Shown here: positions 22,122 through 23,942 of the stretch, piece after piece | Layout: each line of letters opens with the position of its first letter | How positions within the stretch are numbered: position 1 is the stretch's first letter | Assembly: GCF_006345805.1 (NCBI RefSeq) | Contig: NW_021836481.1 | Location: 1 to 23,942 of the forward strand | Reading direction: 5' to 3' | Length of the DNA stretch: 23,942 nucleotides | Origin: Octopus sinensis | Lineage: Eukaryota | The notes under the pieces: generated by a model | Seen by the model: the letters and a program-made list of their open reading frames with translations, nothing else | Databases searched by the model: none | What the model was told of the DNA's origin: nothing | Program-made: the position numbers and the translations under genes

Positions 22122-22298
22122 GTTTCTTTATTAGCCACACAGGGCTGCACACAGATAGAACAAATTACAAGGTAGAGCTTTTCTTTTGAAGGTTTAAAAA
22201 AAAAAAGAAGGAAGGGGGAGTTTCGATCAAATGGGATCGTAAAAGGAGAGAAAGAGGACAAAAAAAGGGGGGGTTAAAAAAAAGGGGGAGAGGAAAAA
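22122..22298 (-). mobile_element. Same LINE family, 3' UTR-only insertion embedded in pure (GATA)n
   Basis: gtttctttattagccacacagggctgcacacagat...acaaggtagagcttttctttt...tttcgatcaaatgggatcgtaaa matches 21231-21500, with (GATA)n on both sides. Confidence 0.85.
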
Positions 22299-22309
22299 TA
22301 GATAGATAA

Positions 22310-22364
<55 letters not shown>

Positions 22365-22561
22365 CAGTGTGGAAGAGGAATTGAGGTTAGTTTCATTTAG
22401 CGATTTTTCGCTCGTAAAATGTCCGATTTGAAAGCAGAGCTCGGCGAAAAGCGAAAAAATACAGCGGAACAGCTACGTGTGGATGGTTGACAAATCCAGT
22501 TTAATGCTCTGCCTTACTTTAGTTTCGTCGATTACGGAGAGAGTGCGAATATCAAAGATGA

Positions 22562-22705
22562 CCTCGGCAACATTTTGGAACAGGAAAGAAAAGAGACGGG
22601 GTGGAGAACAACGGCAACAGTAACAACAGAGGCAAGAAGGACGATTACAATGGCGACGAAGACGACAACATGAACAACAATTCTGACAGAGGCAACGACT
22701 TCGAG
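22562..22705 (+). CDS. Possible host exon (unassigned), ending at a strong splice donor
   Basis: CpG-rich non-repetitive island. Open frame ...GTGKKRDGVENNGNSNNRGKKDDYNGDEDDNMNNNSDRGNDFE ends at GAG|GTGAGC (22705/22706). There is an in-frame ATG at 22670 and a weak acceptor AACAG at 22583. No family recognised. Confidence 0.3.
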
Positions 22706-22833
22706 GTGAGCTTCCCTAGCAGGATAACGTTTGAGTTCCTGTTGTAAATCTGTCACTAAATTAATATATATGAGAAGCGGTTCCTGATCCAATATCGCAC
22801 GGTTATTTCCCCTGCGTGTAATTACACTCACAC

Positions 22834-22874
<41 letters not shown>

Positions 22875-23015
22875 ACACACACACACACACACTCACACAC
22901 ACACGTACAATTATGTGTATATATATATATATATATATATGTATAAGCGTATAGTGTATCTGTGTGCATGCATACATACATACATATACATGTATAAGTA
23001 CATACATACATACAT

Positions 23016-23059
<44 letters not shown>

Positions 23060-23077
23060 TTATTTATTATATAGAAG

Positions 23078-23130
23078 GAGCTTCTACAGGACTAGAACTG
23101 TTTCATTCAAGAGAAATCTTCAGGAAGCTC
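23078..23130 (-). ncRNA. Type I hammerhead ribozyme, near-complete
   Basis: GAGCUUC-CUGAAGA-UUUC(UCUU)GAAU-GAAA-CAG(UUCUAGUC)CUG-UA^GAAGCUC. It has a 7-bp stem I, an intact core, a 4-bp stem III and a GUA cleavage triplet (cut between 23085 and 23084). The only anomaly is a U.U pair at 10.1-11.1. Confidence 0.75.
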
Positions 23131-23139
23131 ACACATCTC

Positions 23140-23196
23140 AGGAAGCTTCCTGAAGATTTCTCTTGAATGAAACAGTTCTAGTCCTTAGAAGCTCCT
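23140..23196 (+). ncRNA. Mirror type I hammerhead, damaged (G16.2 deleted: CTGTA to CTTA)
   Basis: AGGAAGCUUC-CUGAAGA-UUUCUCUUGAAU-GAAA-CAGUUCUAGUCCU-UA^GAAGCUCCU. Stem I (AGCUUC/GAAGCU) and the core are intact, but stem III is disrupted. Confidence 0.6.
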
Positions 23197-23275
23197 CTAT
23201 ATAATAAATTAATTTTACTCTGCTATGTATTGAGTACCTTATTTACTGTGGTTAACCCCGAATCAACCCGGGACC

Positions 23276-23325
<50 letters not shown>

Positions 23326-23660
23326 TTATGTATGTACATATGTATGTATGCTTATATGTATATATGCATGTACACACACACATACATATATATATATACA
23401 CACATATAAGTACTATATATATATATTACGTGTGTATATATTCGTGTACACGTACATATGAATGTATATAAGTGCATAAATACATACAAACGCACACACG
23501 CATATATATGTATATGTATATGTATATGTATACATATACATATATATATGCGCAAACACACATATACATTGCATATACATGTATATGTATATAATCTCCC
23601 TCGCTCTCTGTATATATATATATAGATATATATATAATAATCCCCCCTCTCTCTCTCTCT

Positions 23661-23706
<46 letters not shown>

Positions 23707-23754
23707 CATGTATAGATACACATACACCTCTTTTTATCTTTAATAGATACATAA

Positions 23755-23825
23755 GTGTATGTATGTATGTATGTATGTATGTATGTATGTATGTATGTAT
23801 GTATGTATGTATGTATGTATGTATG
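23755..23825. repeat. (TATG)n microsatellite
   Basis: Directly visible. Confidence 0.95.
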
Positions 23826-23942
23826 TTACGCGTTTATGTGGAGGCGCACGAGAGTGTGTCTGTAACATTTAGCTGGAATTATATTTTTTATATCAATTTC
23901 GTTTTTATTGTAATTTTAATGTGTTAATTTATTATTTTTCTC

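Larger units (their letters stand above)
23062..23278. mobile_element. Palindromic Penelope-like terminus in (TA)n: 68/66-bp inverted arms plus a ~70-nt tail
   Basis: 23062-23129 pairs with 23144-23209 except for two 1-nt indels, around a 14-nt spacer. The plus arm continues with a tail ...aatcaacccgggacctac into (AT)n. Both arms carry AATAAA just 3' of a hammerhead motif. Confidence 0.75.

Overview
This is an AT-rich, microsatellite-saturated eukaryotic window with no intact protein-coding gene. Nearly all listed ORFs are translations of simple repeats. The repeat families resemble those I recall from coleoid cephalopod (Octopus-like) genomes; this is recognition, not a database result. Contents: two tRNA-head SINE families (called A and B here, 8 loci), a Ty3/Gypsy 5' LTR with PBS and decayed gag, decayed mariner and Tc1 transposases, a foldback MITE, a probable hAT MITE, three 3' fragments of an L1/Tx1-type LINE each embedded in (GATA)n, two unclassified repeats tied to (TATG)n, Penelope-like termini carrying hammerhead ribozyme motifs, and one possible host exon near 22.6-22.7 kb. 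The best lead is a ~150-bp near-perfect palindrome at 23062-23209. It encodes a type I hammerhead ribozyme fold on each strand: near-complete on the minus strand and damaged by a 1-nt deletion on the plus strand. Other leads are apparent microsatellite targeting by retroelements and a SINE trimer flanked by a ~200-bp target-site-like duplication. Identities quoted are by-eye counts.
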